Origin: Nitrospirota bacterium
GTDB lineage: Bacteria; Nitrospirota; UBA9217
DNA length: 64,000 nucleotides
Reading direction: 5' to 3'
Assembly: GCA_963663225.1 (NCBI GenBank)
Contig: OY760142.1
Coordinates: forward strand, 1,632,001 to 1,696,000
In this document: positions 10,885-20,365 of the stretch, one piece after another
Position numbering within the stretch: position 1 is the first letter of the stretch
Layout: each line of letters starts with the position of its first letter
The notes under the pieces: model-generated
Told to the model about the DNA's origin: nothing
Databases searched by the model: none
What the model saw: only the letters and a program-made list of their open reading frames with translations
Translations under genes and position numbers: made by a program

Positions 10885-10900
10885 TGGCATTCATCTTGCT
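10885..10900 (+). promoter_or_regulatory. Sigma54 -24/-12 promoter for the ABC operon
   Basis: TGGCATTCATCTTGCT = TGGC-N8-TGC (GG-N10-GC), about 180 nt upstream of the binding-protein gene. Confidence 0.82.
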
Positions 10901-11078
10901 CTATAGCTTTAAACGATGCCATTATTGGTACGCTCTGGCCACCACTAATCACTATGACCATGCCTTGTTTTTTATGAGAACCGACAGTCCTGGATGGTCA
11001 GCACGTCCAAGCTAAAAGCTGTGCTACGGTAGTTTTTATAATCAGCAATTTATATAAATAAAAAAGGAGGACGGGGGA

Positions 11079-12188
11079 ATGAAAAAAAGCAGATTGCTAT
11101 TCGTGTTGTTTGCTATTATGCTGTGTTTCATAAGTGTGCCGGGGGCCGTTTCGGCACTGGATAAGATTATCGTCGGATTTCAGCCCTACGATACCATCTC
11201 GTATCAGGTAGCAGTGAACCAGGAACTGGGCATATGGAAGAAATATTTCCCGAAGGGTGTTGAAGTCGAATTCCTGCCGGCGCTTCAGGGTTCAATCATC
11301 TCAAACAATCTGCTTGCTGGCAAGACTCATATCGGCTATATGAGCGTTATGCCAGCCACCTTGGCCGCCACGAAGCCGGAACAGGCAAAGATGAAGATGG
11401 TTGCGAGCTTGGGAATGTCCGATGGCATGCGCTGCTCGCTGCTCCTGGTCAGGAAGGACGCTCCTCAGTTCAAGAGCCAGGAAGAGGCCATCAGGTGGCT
11501 TGACGGCAAGATAGTCGCAGCGCCCAAGGGCAGCGCTGCTGATCAGTATTTGCTGATGCTCTTCGACAAGTACAAAATTAAGCCGAAAGAATATCTCAAC
11601 CAGTCGATAGAAGTCATCGGCAGTAACTTCCGCATTAAGAAGCTTGACGCTGCGGCAATGTGGGAACCGACCATTTCACGTGTCGGCGACCTGGTCGGCG
11701 AGGGGCTGGTCCGCATTGCGGCTACGGGCACTGCGGTAAAAAATCCGGACCTGGGGATACTTATTATGCGCGCTGATTTTGTCGAGCAGAACCCGGAACT
11801 TGCCGAGGCATGGATTAAGTCCGAACTTGAGGCCCAGCAATATCTTGTGGATCCAAAAAATTATTCCAAGGTCATCGATATGGTAGCCAAATACGCAACC
11901 GGCATGCCGAAACGTGCTCTTTGGTATTCTATCTATGGACAGATTCCCGCCGCCGTAGGAGGCACAAAGATGCGCGAATGGAAACCATTCATCTTTGACA
12001 ATAAGGTTCTAAAAAATATAAACGATGTCTATACATTCCTTTATAAGGAAAAAAGAACGACTATTGACAAACCGTTGGCCGGTTCGATAGATGATTCAAT
12101 CGCCAAGAAAATCCTCAAAGAAAAGAAGATTAAATCCCCGATCGGCGTAATTCACGGGCAGCCGCCTTCAGCAGATCCGTTTAAATAG
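11079..12188 (+). CDS. ABC transporter substrate-binding protein, NitT/TauT (sulfonate/nitrate) family
   Basis: Signal peptide, GKIVAAPKGS and DAAAMWEP motifs; AAGGAGG RBS. Confidence 0.88.
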   Translation: MKKSRLLFVLFAIMLCFISVPGAVSALDKIIVGFQPYDTISYQVAVNQELGIWKKYFPKGVEVEFLPALQGSIISNNLLAGKTHIGYMSVMPATLAATKPEQAKMKMVASLGMSDGMRCSLLLVRKDAPQFKSQEEAIRWLDGKIVAAPKGSAADQYLLMLFDKYKIKPKEYLNQSIEVIGSNFRIKKLDAAAMWEPTISRVGDLVGEGLVRIAATGTAVKNPDLGILIMRADFVEQNPELAEAWIKSELEAQQYLVDPKNYSKVIDMVAKYATGMPKRALWYSIYGQIPAAVGGTKMREWKPFIFDNKVLKNINDVYTFLYKEKRTTIDKPLAGSIDDSIAKKILKEKKIKSPIGVIHGQPPSADPFK

Positions 12189-12214
12189 GAAATTAAATAA
12201 GTATGGGGTGATTC

Positions 12215-13111
12215 ATGCAGACAAAAGAGATAGCATTACAGGAAAAAGAGGTCGCGGCTCAGGATATTCAGGACATTAAAGTATCCGCGATAAACATCTT
12301 CTTTTTCCGATTAAAGCTCTGGCTGAAAAGTCCCACACCGTATCTGATACTGCTGGGTCTTACCCTTTTGCTCGTTGCATGGTGGCTGGCAACCGAGGTC
12401 TGGCAGCTTCCCCGTTTTGACAAGCTGCCAGGCCCCGTTATTGTCGTCAAGGAATGGGTGTCCAGGGATCCGTCGTATGGAATATCTATCTATACGCCGG
12501 AATATTACGAGCACATCTGGAGGAGCGTCCTGCGTGTCCTTGAGGCCTTTGGACTTGCTACTCTCCTGGGCGTGCCGCTTGGCCTCTTTATGGGCTGGAA
12601 AAAAACCTTCAAGGATTATACGTTCCCGGTCATGGAGATACTGAGACCCATCCCGATGCTTGCCTGGGTACCGCTGGCAATTCTGATGTGGCCCGAGCGC
12701 GAAATGGCGATCATTTACCTCACGTTTCTTGCAGCGTTCTTTGCGACAACGCTCAACACACTGCTCGGCGTCGAATCCATTGACGAATCATATTTCAGGG
12801 CAGCACGATGCCTCGGGGCAAAAGCGCATCACATCTTTTTCCGGGTCGTTATTCCGGGTGCGCTGCCTTTTATTTTCACCGGTTTGCAGATTAGCATGGG
12901 AGTTTCATGGTTTTCTCTTGTTGCCGGTGAAATGCTTGCAGGTGAGTATGGTCTGGGCTATCTCATCTGGAACTCATTCATTCTCGTGCAATACCCCGTC
13001 ATCGTCATAGCAATGGTGACGCTCGGTGTCATCGGATGGACCAGCAGTGCGCTTATCCGTTTTGTGGGGACACTCCTCATGAAATGGCAGTCACGGGAAT
13101 CATCTTTGTGA
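12215..13111 (+). CDS. ABC permease, TauC/SsuC type
   Basis: LRPIPMLAWVP, EAA-loop-like AARCLGA, GLGYLI. Confidence 0.9.
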   Translation: MQTKEIALQEKEVAAQDIQDIKVSAINIFFFRLKLWLKSPTPYLILLGLTLLLVAWWLATEVWQLPRFDKLPGPVIVVKEWVSRDPSYGISIYTPEYYEHIWRSVLRVLEAFGLATLLGVPLGLFMGWKKTFKDYTFPVMEILRPIPMLAWVPLAILMWPEREMAIIYLTFLAAFFATTLNTLLGVESIDESYFRAARCLGAKAHHIFFRVVIPGALPFIFTGLQISMGVSWFSLVAGEMLAGEYGLGYLIWNSFILVQYPVIVIAMVTLGVIGWTSSALIRFVGTLLMKWQSRESSL

Positions 13112-13119
13112 GGTTTATT

Positions 13120-13998
13120 ATGACTAGTACACAACCTATATTATCGCCGGCCACTTCAGGGACAATCTCAGATGCGCGGGTCAGCGGACAAATAAGCATC
13201 AGAAACGTAACAAAGATCTATGATCCCGAAGGTGCCAATGTTCTTGCCCTCGATAATTGTTCGCTCGAAATTCAGGCCGGCGAGTTCTGCGTTGTCGTCG
13301 GCCCGTCCGGATGCGGAAAAACAACGCTTCTGAATGCTATTGCGGGCTTTCATGACATAACGTCCGGGCAGATCGATCTCGACGGTGAACTCCTCTGTTC
13401 CAAAGACAGACAGGCCGAGCCCGGAGCAGATCGTATTGTTGTTTTCCAGCAAGGTGCACTTTTCCCCTGGTATACGGTTCTCGAAAATGTACTGTACGGG
13501 CCTTCGGTACAGGGTAAAATGAAAGGGATGAAAGCCCGGAAGGCAGCAGAGGAGATTCTTGCGCAGATGGGCCTGAAAGGCATTCTGCACAGTTATCCGA
13601 GCGAAATATCGTCGGGCATGCGGCGGCGCGTCGAGATAGCGCGTGCTATGATGAACAATCCGAAAATATTGCTGATGGACGAACCATACCGTGCCATGGA
13701 TGCGCTCACCAAAACGATCATGCACAAAAATCTTCTTGATGTATACGATAGATCAAACAAAACTATTTTTTTCATTACGCATGACCTTGAAGAGGCCATC
13801 TTTCTCGGAACCAAAGTTGTTGTTATGACAACGCGGCCCGGCAAGATCAAGAAAGTCATCGATGTCGAACTCCCCAGGCCACGCGATTTTAGAATCCTCA
13901 CATCGGAGCGCTACCTCGAACTCAAACAGGAAGCAATTGAGTCGGTGCACGAAGAGGCGAAAAAGGCGTTCGAGGCAGGAGAGCGGGAGCTTGCATGA
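13120..13998 (+). CDS. ABC ATPase, TauB/SsuB type, with degenerate signature ISSGM
   Basis: GPSGCGKTT, LLMDEP, ITHDLEEA; ATG at 13120. Confidence 0.9.
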   Translation: MTSTQPILSPATSGTISDARVSGQISIRNVTKIYDPEGANVLALDNCSLEIQAGEFCVVVGPSGCGKTTLLNAIAGFHDITSGQIDLDGELLCSKDRQAEPGADRIVVFQQGALFPWYTVLENVLYGPSVQGKMKGMKARKAAEEILAQMGLKGILHSYPSEISSGMRRRVEIARAMMNNPKILLMDEPYRAMDALTKTIMHKNLLDVYDRSNKTIFFITHDLEEAIFLGTKVVVMTTRPGKIKKVIDVELPRPRDFRILTSERYLELKQEAIESVHEEAKKAFEAGERELA

Positions 13999-14026
13999 TG
14001 GCCGGCATGCCGTAGGAGGCAGAACA

Positions 14027-14842
14027 GTGACAACAAACAAGCCTGCAGTGTTCATGGGAATAAACCTTCGTAAACTACGCAAAAAAATATTCAGCAAAAC
14101 GACCCTTCGAGGTATTGTTGCGATAATAGTAACAGGTATTTTATGGGAAGTATGCGCGCGTCTCCAGGTTCCGATCATAGGCATGATCCCCGCACCAAGC
14201 TCAGTGTACGGTTCTCTGATAGAACAGATCCAGGACAAATCCTACTGGGAATGCTGGATAGTCAGTTACGACCGGGTCTTGACGGGCTTTGTCATAGCCA
14301 TGATAGTCGGAATCCCGCTTGGCCTGGTCATGGGACTGAGCCGCCATTTCAGGGACCTGACCTTTCCGACACTGGAGATCCTCAGGCCTATTCCACCCCT
14401 TGCGTGGGTGCCGACCGCGGTAATCTTCTGGCCAACGCCGGAAATGAGCATGATTTTTGTGACGTTTTTAGGTGCTTTTTTTACCATGGTACTGAATATC
14501 CTTGGCGGCGTAAAAAGTGTGGATATCCGCCATGTGCGCTCTGCCCAATCTCTGGGGTCGAGCAAAAAAGATATATTCTGGCGCATAGTCCTGCCTGCCA
14601 CGCTTCCAAGCCTTTTTACAGGCATGACCGTTGGAATGGGTATAACGTGGGCTGTTGTTGTGGCTGCTGAAATGATTGCAAGCCGTTCTGGCCTTGGTTT
14701 TTTAACCTGGAAATCCTATGTTGCCGGCGACTACCCGGTTATCGTGATAGGTATGATCAGCATAGGGATAGCCGGCTATATCTCGAGCGCAGTTATCCGT
14801 TTCTTGGGGGATCGTCTTACCCCTTGGCTCAAGATCATTTAG
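14027..14842 (+). CDS. Second ABC permease, TauC/SsuC type
   Basis: LRPIPPLAWVP, SAQSLGS, VVAAEMIA..GLG; GTG start after AGGAGG. Confidence 0.9.
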   Translation: MTTNKPAVFMGINLRKLRKKIFSKTTLRGIVAIIVTGILWEVCARLQVPIIGMIPAPSSVYGSLIEQIQDKSYWECWIVSYDRVLTGFVIAMIVGIPLGLVMGLSRHFRDLTFPTLEILRPIPPLAWVPTAVIFWPTPEMSMIFVTFLGAFFTMVLNILGGVKSVDIRHVRSAQSLGSSKKDIFWRIVLPATLPSLFTGMTVGMGITWAVVVAAEMIASRSGLGFLTWKSYVAGDYPVIVIGMISIGIAGYISSAVIRFLGDRLTPWLKII

Positions 14843-14872
14843 TAGCGTACTTTACGACGAGGTGGCACGTAT

Positions 14873-15742
14873 ATGAACGGACATCACGAACCGACCGCGC
14901 CGCAGAGCGGCAATATGCAGGTCAATGCGATATCGAAATCCTTCGGTATCGGACCACTGCGGCAACAGGTTATAGAGAACTGCACCTTTACGCTCGAAAA
15001 AGGGAAGTTGACAGTCCTTATCGGACCTTCCGGATGCGGCAAGACGACGCTCGTCAACCTGCTTGCCGGCTACGAAACACCTGATTCCGGAAGCATTACT
15101 GTTGACGACGTGCCCGTGAAGGGGCCCGGTAAGGACCGCCTCGTCGTCTTTCAGGAAACTGCGCTTTTCCCCTGGATGACGACGTTTCAAAATGTTGTGT
15201 ACGGTCCGATGGTCCGCGGCGAAAAGAATAAAAAAGAGCTCGAAGAAGAAACCATGCATCTGCTGCACAAAGTGGGGCTGGCTGATTTTCGGGACAAATA
15301 TCCGATTCAGCTGTCAGGAGGCATGCAGCGGCGCTGCGAGCTCGTGAGAGCGCTTATTAACAGGCCCAAGATTATGCTGATGGATGAGCCGTTCAGGGGT
15401 CTTGATGCCATGACCCGTGAACTCATGCAGGAATACTATGTACGGCTGTTTGAAGAGAACCACCTGACCAACCTTTTCATCACCTCGGAACTGGAGGAGG
15501 CGATTTTCCTTGCCGACAGGCTTATCATCCTTACCAACCGTCCCGCAAGCACGAGGACCGTGATGGAGATAGACCTGCCGAGACCGCGCGAGTTCAAGGT
15601 TCTCGCAACACGGGAATACCTGCACTATAAGCAGCAGGCGCTTGAGATTCTTCATGAAGAGGCGATGAAGGCGTTTTCAAGCGGAAGCAAAGCTGCAGTT
15701 TCAGATTTTCTTGAAGCATATTCTGAAGTCGAACCCCGATAA
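14873..15742 (+). CDS. Second ABC ATPase, H-loop His replaced (ITSE)
   Basis: GPSGCGKTT, LSGGM, MLMDEPF, ITSELEEA. Confidence 0.9.
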   Translation: MNGHHEPTAPQSGNMQVNAISKSFGIGPLRQQVIENCTFTLEKGKLTVLIGPSGCGKTTLVNLLAGYETPDSGSITVDDVPVKGPGKDRLVVFQETALFPWMTTFQNVVYGPMVRGEKNKKELEEETMHLLHKVGLADFRDKYPIQLSGGMQRRCELVRALINRPKIMLMDEPFRGLDAMTRELMQEYYVRLFEENHLTNLFITSELEEAIFLADRLIILTNRPASTRTVMEIDLPRPREFKVLATREYLHYKQQALEILHEEAMKAFSSGSKAAVSDFLEAYSEVEPR

Positions 15743-15760
15743 GGCTGCTGTGGTGACCAG

Positions 15761-15955
15761 ATGGATAAATCACATGCCGTGCTTCGCGCTATCATGATCA
15801 CGACGGCCGTATTGGCGGCTGTATTCTCCCTTCTTGCAAGCGTGGCCCGCGCCCGCGGAGCGCCGGGTAAAATTGTCACCATGCTTTATTACTCTGCGTA
15901 CGGCCTCATGTTTATCAGCATTATTCTCTTTATCCTTATCGGCATGAATGGATGA
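15761..15955 (+). CDS. Small two-helix membrane protein
   Basis: 64 aa with two hydrophobic segments, directly after the ATPase in the operon. Confidence 0.6.
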   Translation: MDKSHAVLRAIMITTAVLAAVFSLLASVARARGAPGKIVTMLYYSAYGLMFISIILFILIGMNG

Positions 15956-16088
15956 CTCCTTGCGTGAGACAGCCGGTGCGAGTCTTGAACATGGGTTGAG
16001 GCAGGCCGTACCGATTCCGTATGCTATCCTTCGCCGGTGAGAATGCCGCGCTTCCTACTTTTGCTGTTAAGAACTCGGAGAATGGTTT

Positions 16089-16901
16089 TTGAGTGACATT
16101 GTATATGCCAGCATAATCATCGCGATCGCTTCTTTTTCGCAGTCCATCGCAGGCGTCGGCTTCGTGATGGTTGCCACGCCGTTTCTGCTAGCCATCCTGG
16201 ATGTAAAAGACACGGTACTGATAACGTTTGCTCTCTCTGTCATATGTCAGATTCTGATTGTCTGCAGACACTGGCGCATGGTACATCCGCAAATGTTCCT
16301 GAATTTTGTGCTTGGAAGCATGTTCGGTGCGTTTCCCGGCCTTTGGCTCTTTTCGGTTGCAAGTCTCTCGACTCTGAAATTCATTATAGGCCTTACGCTT
16401 CTTTCAATTTCTTCTTTCACGCTCTATAAGCTGAAGTCCACATGGAATATGATCGAGAACACTACATCATACAGGAGAACACCCGAATCTCCGTTCGTAT
16501 GGAATATAAGGGCTCTCAGGCGAGGCATCACCGACCTTCAGGGACAGGCGCAACTCTTCGTCGGATGCGCGGCGGGTTTTTTCGGGCCAAGCATTGGAAT
16601 GCCGGGCATCCCCCTCACGGTATATTTTAGTGCAGTTAATATGGATAAGGACGTCGCGCGGAGCACGACCCTTTCCTTTTTTATTGTTATCTGCATGGTC
16701 ACGCTTCTGGCAAATTACAGCGCAGGCAATATCACCCCCACAGTCATCCGTGTTGCACCTCTTCTGGTACCGTCGGTCTTGGTTGGCATGGTGGTGGGAA
16801 ACTTGGTTTTTCCCAAAATATCGCAGCGATGGTTTCAGTTAATACTGAATCTGATTATACTGTATTCTGCATGCAAAATTCTGTTCGAATACTGGCAGTA
16901 G
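16089..16901 (+). CDS. TauE/SafE family sulfite exporter
   Basis: QSIAGVGF..VATPFL, GFFG...GMPG.P motifs and about 8 hydrophobic segments; TTG start after GGAG. Confidence 0.82.
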   Translation: MSDIVYASIIIAIASFSQSIAGVGFVMVATPFLLAILDVKDTVLITFALSVICQILIVCRHWRMVHPQMFLNFVLGSMFGAFPGLWLFSVASLSTLKFIIGLTLLSISSFTLYKLKSTWNMIENTTSYRRTPESPFVWNIRALRRGITDLQGQAQLFVGCAAGFFGPSIGMPGIPLTVYFSAVNMDKDVARSTTLSFFIVICMVTLLANYSAGNITPTVIRVAPLLVPSVLVGMVVGNLVFPKISQRWFQLILNLIILYSACKILFEYWQ

Positions 16902-17239
16902 CATCTTTCTAGCTCAGCTGTGTCATAAATTCTATTGAAAAAGCATGATGATTCCTGGCGATTGGACAACTATGAAATGGACACCGCCAATTAGTAGATG
17001 ATTTTACTTAGGAATACCTTCCCTATTCAGTACAGTAGCCGCGCACCCTTCTGATTCCGCTTCCGCATTCTCGTAAGCTTCATTTTGGTTTTTTACTACC
17101 CGATTGTTTACAAACCTTGTTGTTATTCATATAGTATGTTATATTTTTTTAGCAATGGTTTTTCTCTGTTCATCATTGCAGACAACAGGTATTATCGGAC
17201 GACCTGTTTTATCGACATTTGGAAAGGAGAAGGATCACG

Positions 17240-18358
17240 ATGATTAAAGAAAAGGGATTAAGGACAGACATGCCTATCGCGCAGTATATGGCTCTGGCAA
17301 TTCAGCCGGCCATGGTGGGAACATTCAAGAGAGACAACATCAAAACCAACATCGACCATATCACCGACATCATCCGGGCCGGGTACTGGCTTGGCGGCAT
17401 TGAAATGCCGGTCAAATTGGCCGCAATCCCGGAAGGGGCATTGCAGGGATTCAACGATGAATTGATGGATCGGGACCATGTAGACTTTGCCAGAAATATG
17501 GCAATAGAAATTCCCGGCCCGGAAACGGACATGCTGGGGAAAATCGCGAAGGAATTCGATCTGTATGTGATTGCGCAGGCAAAAGTGAAGCACCCGAAAA
17601 TAAAAGACCGGTTTTTCAATTCGGCATTTTTGATCAACCCCGAAGGAGACGTGGTCCTGCAAAGCCATAAAATGCAGGTGTTCTGCCGGGAGCATTCGAC
17701 GGTGCCGCACGATGTATGGGACACATGGATGGAATTGTACGGATATGAAATGGATTCCATCTATGCCGTCGCCGACACGAATATCGGAAGAATCGGGCTG
17801 ATCTTTTGTCAGGAGGGAGACTATCCGGAACCTGCCAGGGGACTTGCCATGAACGGGGCGGAAATCATTTATCGTGCGAGCGCCCCCGAACCGGCGGTAT
17901 CCAGGGGATGGTGGGAAATTCAAAACAGGGCCCGGGCACTCGACAACACCTGTTACGTTGTCGCTCCCAATGTCGCCTCATATTTAGTGCATCCGGAGGG
18001 GACGGGTCCGGTGGACAATTTCGGCGGACAGTCCATGATCGTCCATTATGATGGACGTATCCTGTCTTCCGTTACGGGCGGCGCAAGCATTTATGCGGGC
18101 GGCATCATCGATATCGAATCTCTGCGGGAATATCGCGAGAGGTCGCTTTTCGGGAATTGGATGAAGGATCTGCGCACGGAACAATACAAGCTCATATACG
18201 AAACGCCCGTGTTTGAGAAAAATCTTTGCATGAACAGACCGCCGCTGAAGCATGCGCCGACCGATGACATTTACCGGGAGAGCATCAAACGGCTGATCGA
18301 CCGGGATGTATGGGCTAAAAGTTATAAAACCAAAATGAAGGAAAAAGAGCAAAAATAA
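17240..18358 (+). CDS. Carbon-nitrogen hydrolase (nitrilase superfamily)
   Basis: Glu-Lys-Cys triad contexts IPEG, SHKMQ, IFCQEG; NRARALDN. Confidence 0.88.
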   Translation: MIKEKGLRTDMPIAQYMALAIQPAMVGTFKRDNIKTNIDHITDIIRAGYWLGGIEMPVKLAAIPEGALQGFNDELMDRDHVDFARNMAIEIPGPETDMLGKIAKEFDLYVIAQAKVKHPKIKDRFFNSAFLINPEGDVVLQSHKMQVFCREHSTVPHDVWDTWMELYGYEMDSIYAVADTNIGRIGLIFCQEGDYPEPARGLAMNGAEIIYRASAPEPAVSRGWWEIQNRARALDNTCYVVAPNVASYLVHPEGTGPVDNFGGQSMIVHYDGRILSSVTGGASIYAGGIIDIESLREYRERSLFGNWMKDLRTEQYKLIYETPVFEKNLCMNRPPLKHAPTDDIYRESIKRLIDRDVWAKSYKTKMKEKEQK

Positions 18359-18449
18359 GCGGACAATATGCACGATGTGATGGCAGCTCCCGGCTCCGTT
18401 TCGATACCAGCCTGTTCGATTGCCGCCTGCCGTGCAAAAAGGAATTGGC

Positions 18450-19127
18450 ATGAATATCTGCATTGCGGGCAATGGAAAATTGGCAAATGCACTCGTGAAC
18501 GATTTAAGCAAACAGTATAAAATTACGCGCTGGGATGATTTGAGAAAAACGGAAAAAGCCGGCGTGTACTTGATTCATGCCGGCAGCGGCAGGCAATTAC
18601 AGGAGTGCTTACGCTATTGTAATGAGACAGGTTCAATTTTAATCGAATTGTCCACGGGAACGCTCTGGCCCACTGTGGAAATAAAATGCCCGGTAATCAA
18701 TTGCCCGAATACTGCCATTCCAATAGTAAAGATGCTGGGTATTTTGCGGCAATACGGCAATGACTTTAAGAATTACAAAATAAGAATTATTGAATCTCAC
18801 CAGGCAAGCAAGAAGACGGCAGCCGGGACTGCGCTTGCTATGGCCGATTCCTTCAGTTTTCCGCCGGAGCAAATAGAATCAATACGCAACGCCGATGCTC
18901 AAAAACAAATCGGGATTCCGGAGGAATATTTAACTGCGCATGCGTACCACAAAATTATCATCGAAGATGAAGGCTGTGAAATCGCACTGGAATGTAAGGT
19001 CTTCGGCCATGCATCATACACGAAAGGAATAAAACATCTCATTGCTGCATTACGCAAGAAAAAATTGGAAAACCGTATATATCAGGTTGCCGAAATAATG
19101 GAAATGGAGCGTCGTGCAAAACAATAA
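18450..19127 (+). CDS. Divergent dihydrodipicolinate reductase (DapB)-like protein
   Basis: IAGNGKLA Rossmann start, ELSTG, IIESHQASK..AGTA variant of the EXHHXXKXDAPSGTA motif. Confidence 0.72.
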   Translation: MNICIAGNGKLANALVNDLSKQYKITRWDDLRKTEKAGVYLIHAGSGRQLQECLRYCNETGSILIELSTGTLWPTVEIKCPVINCPNTAIPIVKMLGILRQYGNDFKNYKIRIIESHQASKKTAAGTALAMADSFSFPPEQIESIRNADAQKQIGIPEEYLTAHAYHKIIIEDEGCEIALECKVFGHASYTKGIKHLIAALRKKKLENRIYQVAEIMEMERRAKQ

Positions 19128-19190
19128 GCTTGCGCGCTGCCGGCAGCCTGACGACTGCTTCAAAGGGAGCGCGAAGATTTACCATGCCGG

Positions 19191-19973
19191 TCAGCACATT
19201 ACCAGGCTCTGCGGCACCGCATCCGGTACAAACAGGTTTATTCCGAATTTTTTATAGTTGGCGATAATCGCCTGACCTTCCGGCGAAGTAACAAAGGCGA
19301 TGAATTCCATGGCTTCACAGTATCTAACGCCGGGAAACCGGGCCGGATTCACCGCGATGACGCTGTACAGGTTGGTAAGCAGTTCATCGCCTTCCACGAG
19401 AACTTTCAGCCCGATTCTGGATTCGTAGTTTTGGAACGTAGCGCGGTCCGACAGGATATAGGCTCCCGTACCATCTGCCATAAGCAGCGAATCCCCCATC
19501 GAGGCATGCGCTTCAATGTACCAGTCGTTTCCTTTCGGTTTGATGCCCGCTTCCTTCCAGAGCGCCAGCTCTTTTGCATGCGTGCCCGAGTCGTCACTGC
19601 GGGACACGAAGGCGGCATTCTTATCAGCGATCAATCCGAACGCTTTGACCGCACACGTCTGGGGTTTAATCCGCGCAGGATCTTTCTTCGGACCGAGAAC
19701 GACAAAGTCATTGTGCATGACCCGCCGCCGGTTTACACCAAAACCGTCCGCAACAAACTGCTCTTCCCGGAGCGGATCATGGACAAACAGAAGGTCGGCC
19801 CTGCCTTGCCTGGCAATTCGCATGGCCTGGCCCGTACCTACTGCGATAATTTCGACAGCTGCTCCGTAGCGGGTCATTTTTTCATAGGCGGGAATAAGAA
19901 TCTTGAAAAGGCCCGAGTTCATGGTGCTTGTCGTTGAGGCAATAACAAGTTTCCCCCCGGTTGTTTTCATCAT
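19191..19973 (-). CDS. TupA-like tungstate-binding protein lacking a signal peptide
   Basis: STTST.NSGL, AVGTGQA, MHNDFV..GP..DPA, FVSRSDDSGTH.KE, Y.LSDRAT motifs. Confidence 0.85.
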   Translation of the reverse strand: MMKTTGGKLVIASTTSTMNSGLFKILIPAYEKMTRYGAAVEIIAVGTGQAMRIARQGRADLLFVHDPLREEQFVADGFGVNRRRVMHNDFVVLGPKKDPARIKPQTCAVKAFGLIADKNAAFVSRSDDSGTHAKELALWKEAGIKPKGNDWYIEAHASMGDSLLMADGTGAYILSDRATFQNYESRIGLKVLVEGDELLTNLYSVIAVNPARFPGVRYCEAMEFIAFVTSPEGQAIIANYKKFGINLFVPDAVPQSLVMC

Positions 19974-20098
19974 GAATATCACCTTCTGCGGAATGAGCTA
20001 GACGTCATATGGAAATATACCACACATTCGGTTTTAATACAGCGTATTTAGAAGGCATTACCTGATTACCGTGCCGTTTTGGCGTCCGGAGTAAAAGC

Positions 20099-20126
20099 TT
20101 GCATTTTAAAGCAAACACAGTATAAT
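20099..20126 (+). promoter_or_regulatory. Putative sigma70 promoter for RRM-rpsU
   Basis: TTGCAT-N16-TATAAT about 240 nt upstream of the RRM start. Confidence 0.55.
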
Positions 20127-20365
20127 GTCCTATACCATCCACGGGCACGACGCTCTGTTTTCTGTTCAAGATGCCGTTCACGTCCAGCATTGACCACGAG
20201 ATTTCTCAGCTCTTTCTTTTCACCGGTAAAAAGAGTTAGCGCCTTCGGTCCATAGCGATATGGCTCAATAGTTTCACCCGTGGAATATACGTGCACTCAT
20301 TGTACGCAACCGTACGGTGCGGCAGCGACCGCCCGCGCGAACAATAAATCAAAGAAGGAGGCATT

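Noticed and set aside
16973-17000. TGAAATGGACACCGCC... resembling an IS3-family terminal repeat
   Set aside because: No partner inverted repeat or transposase fragment seen
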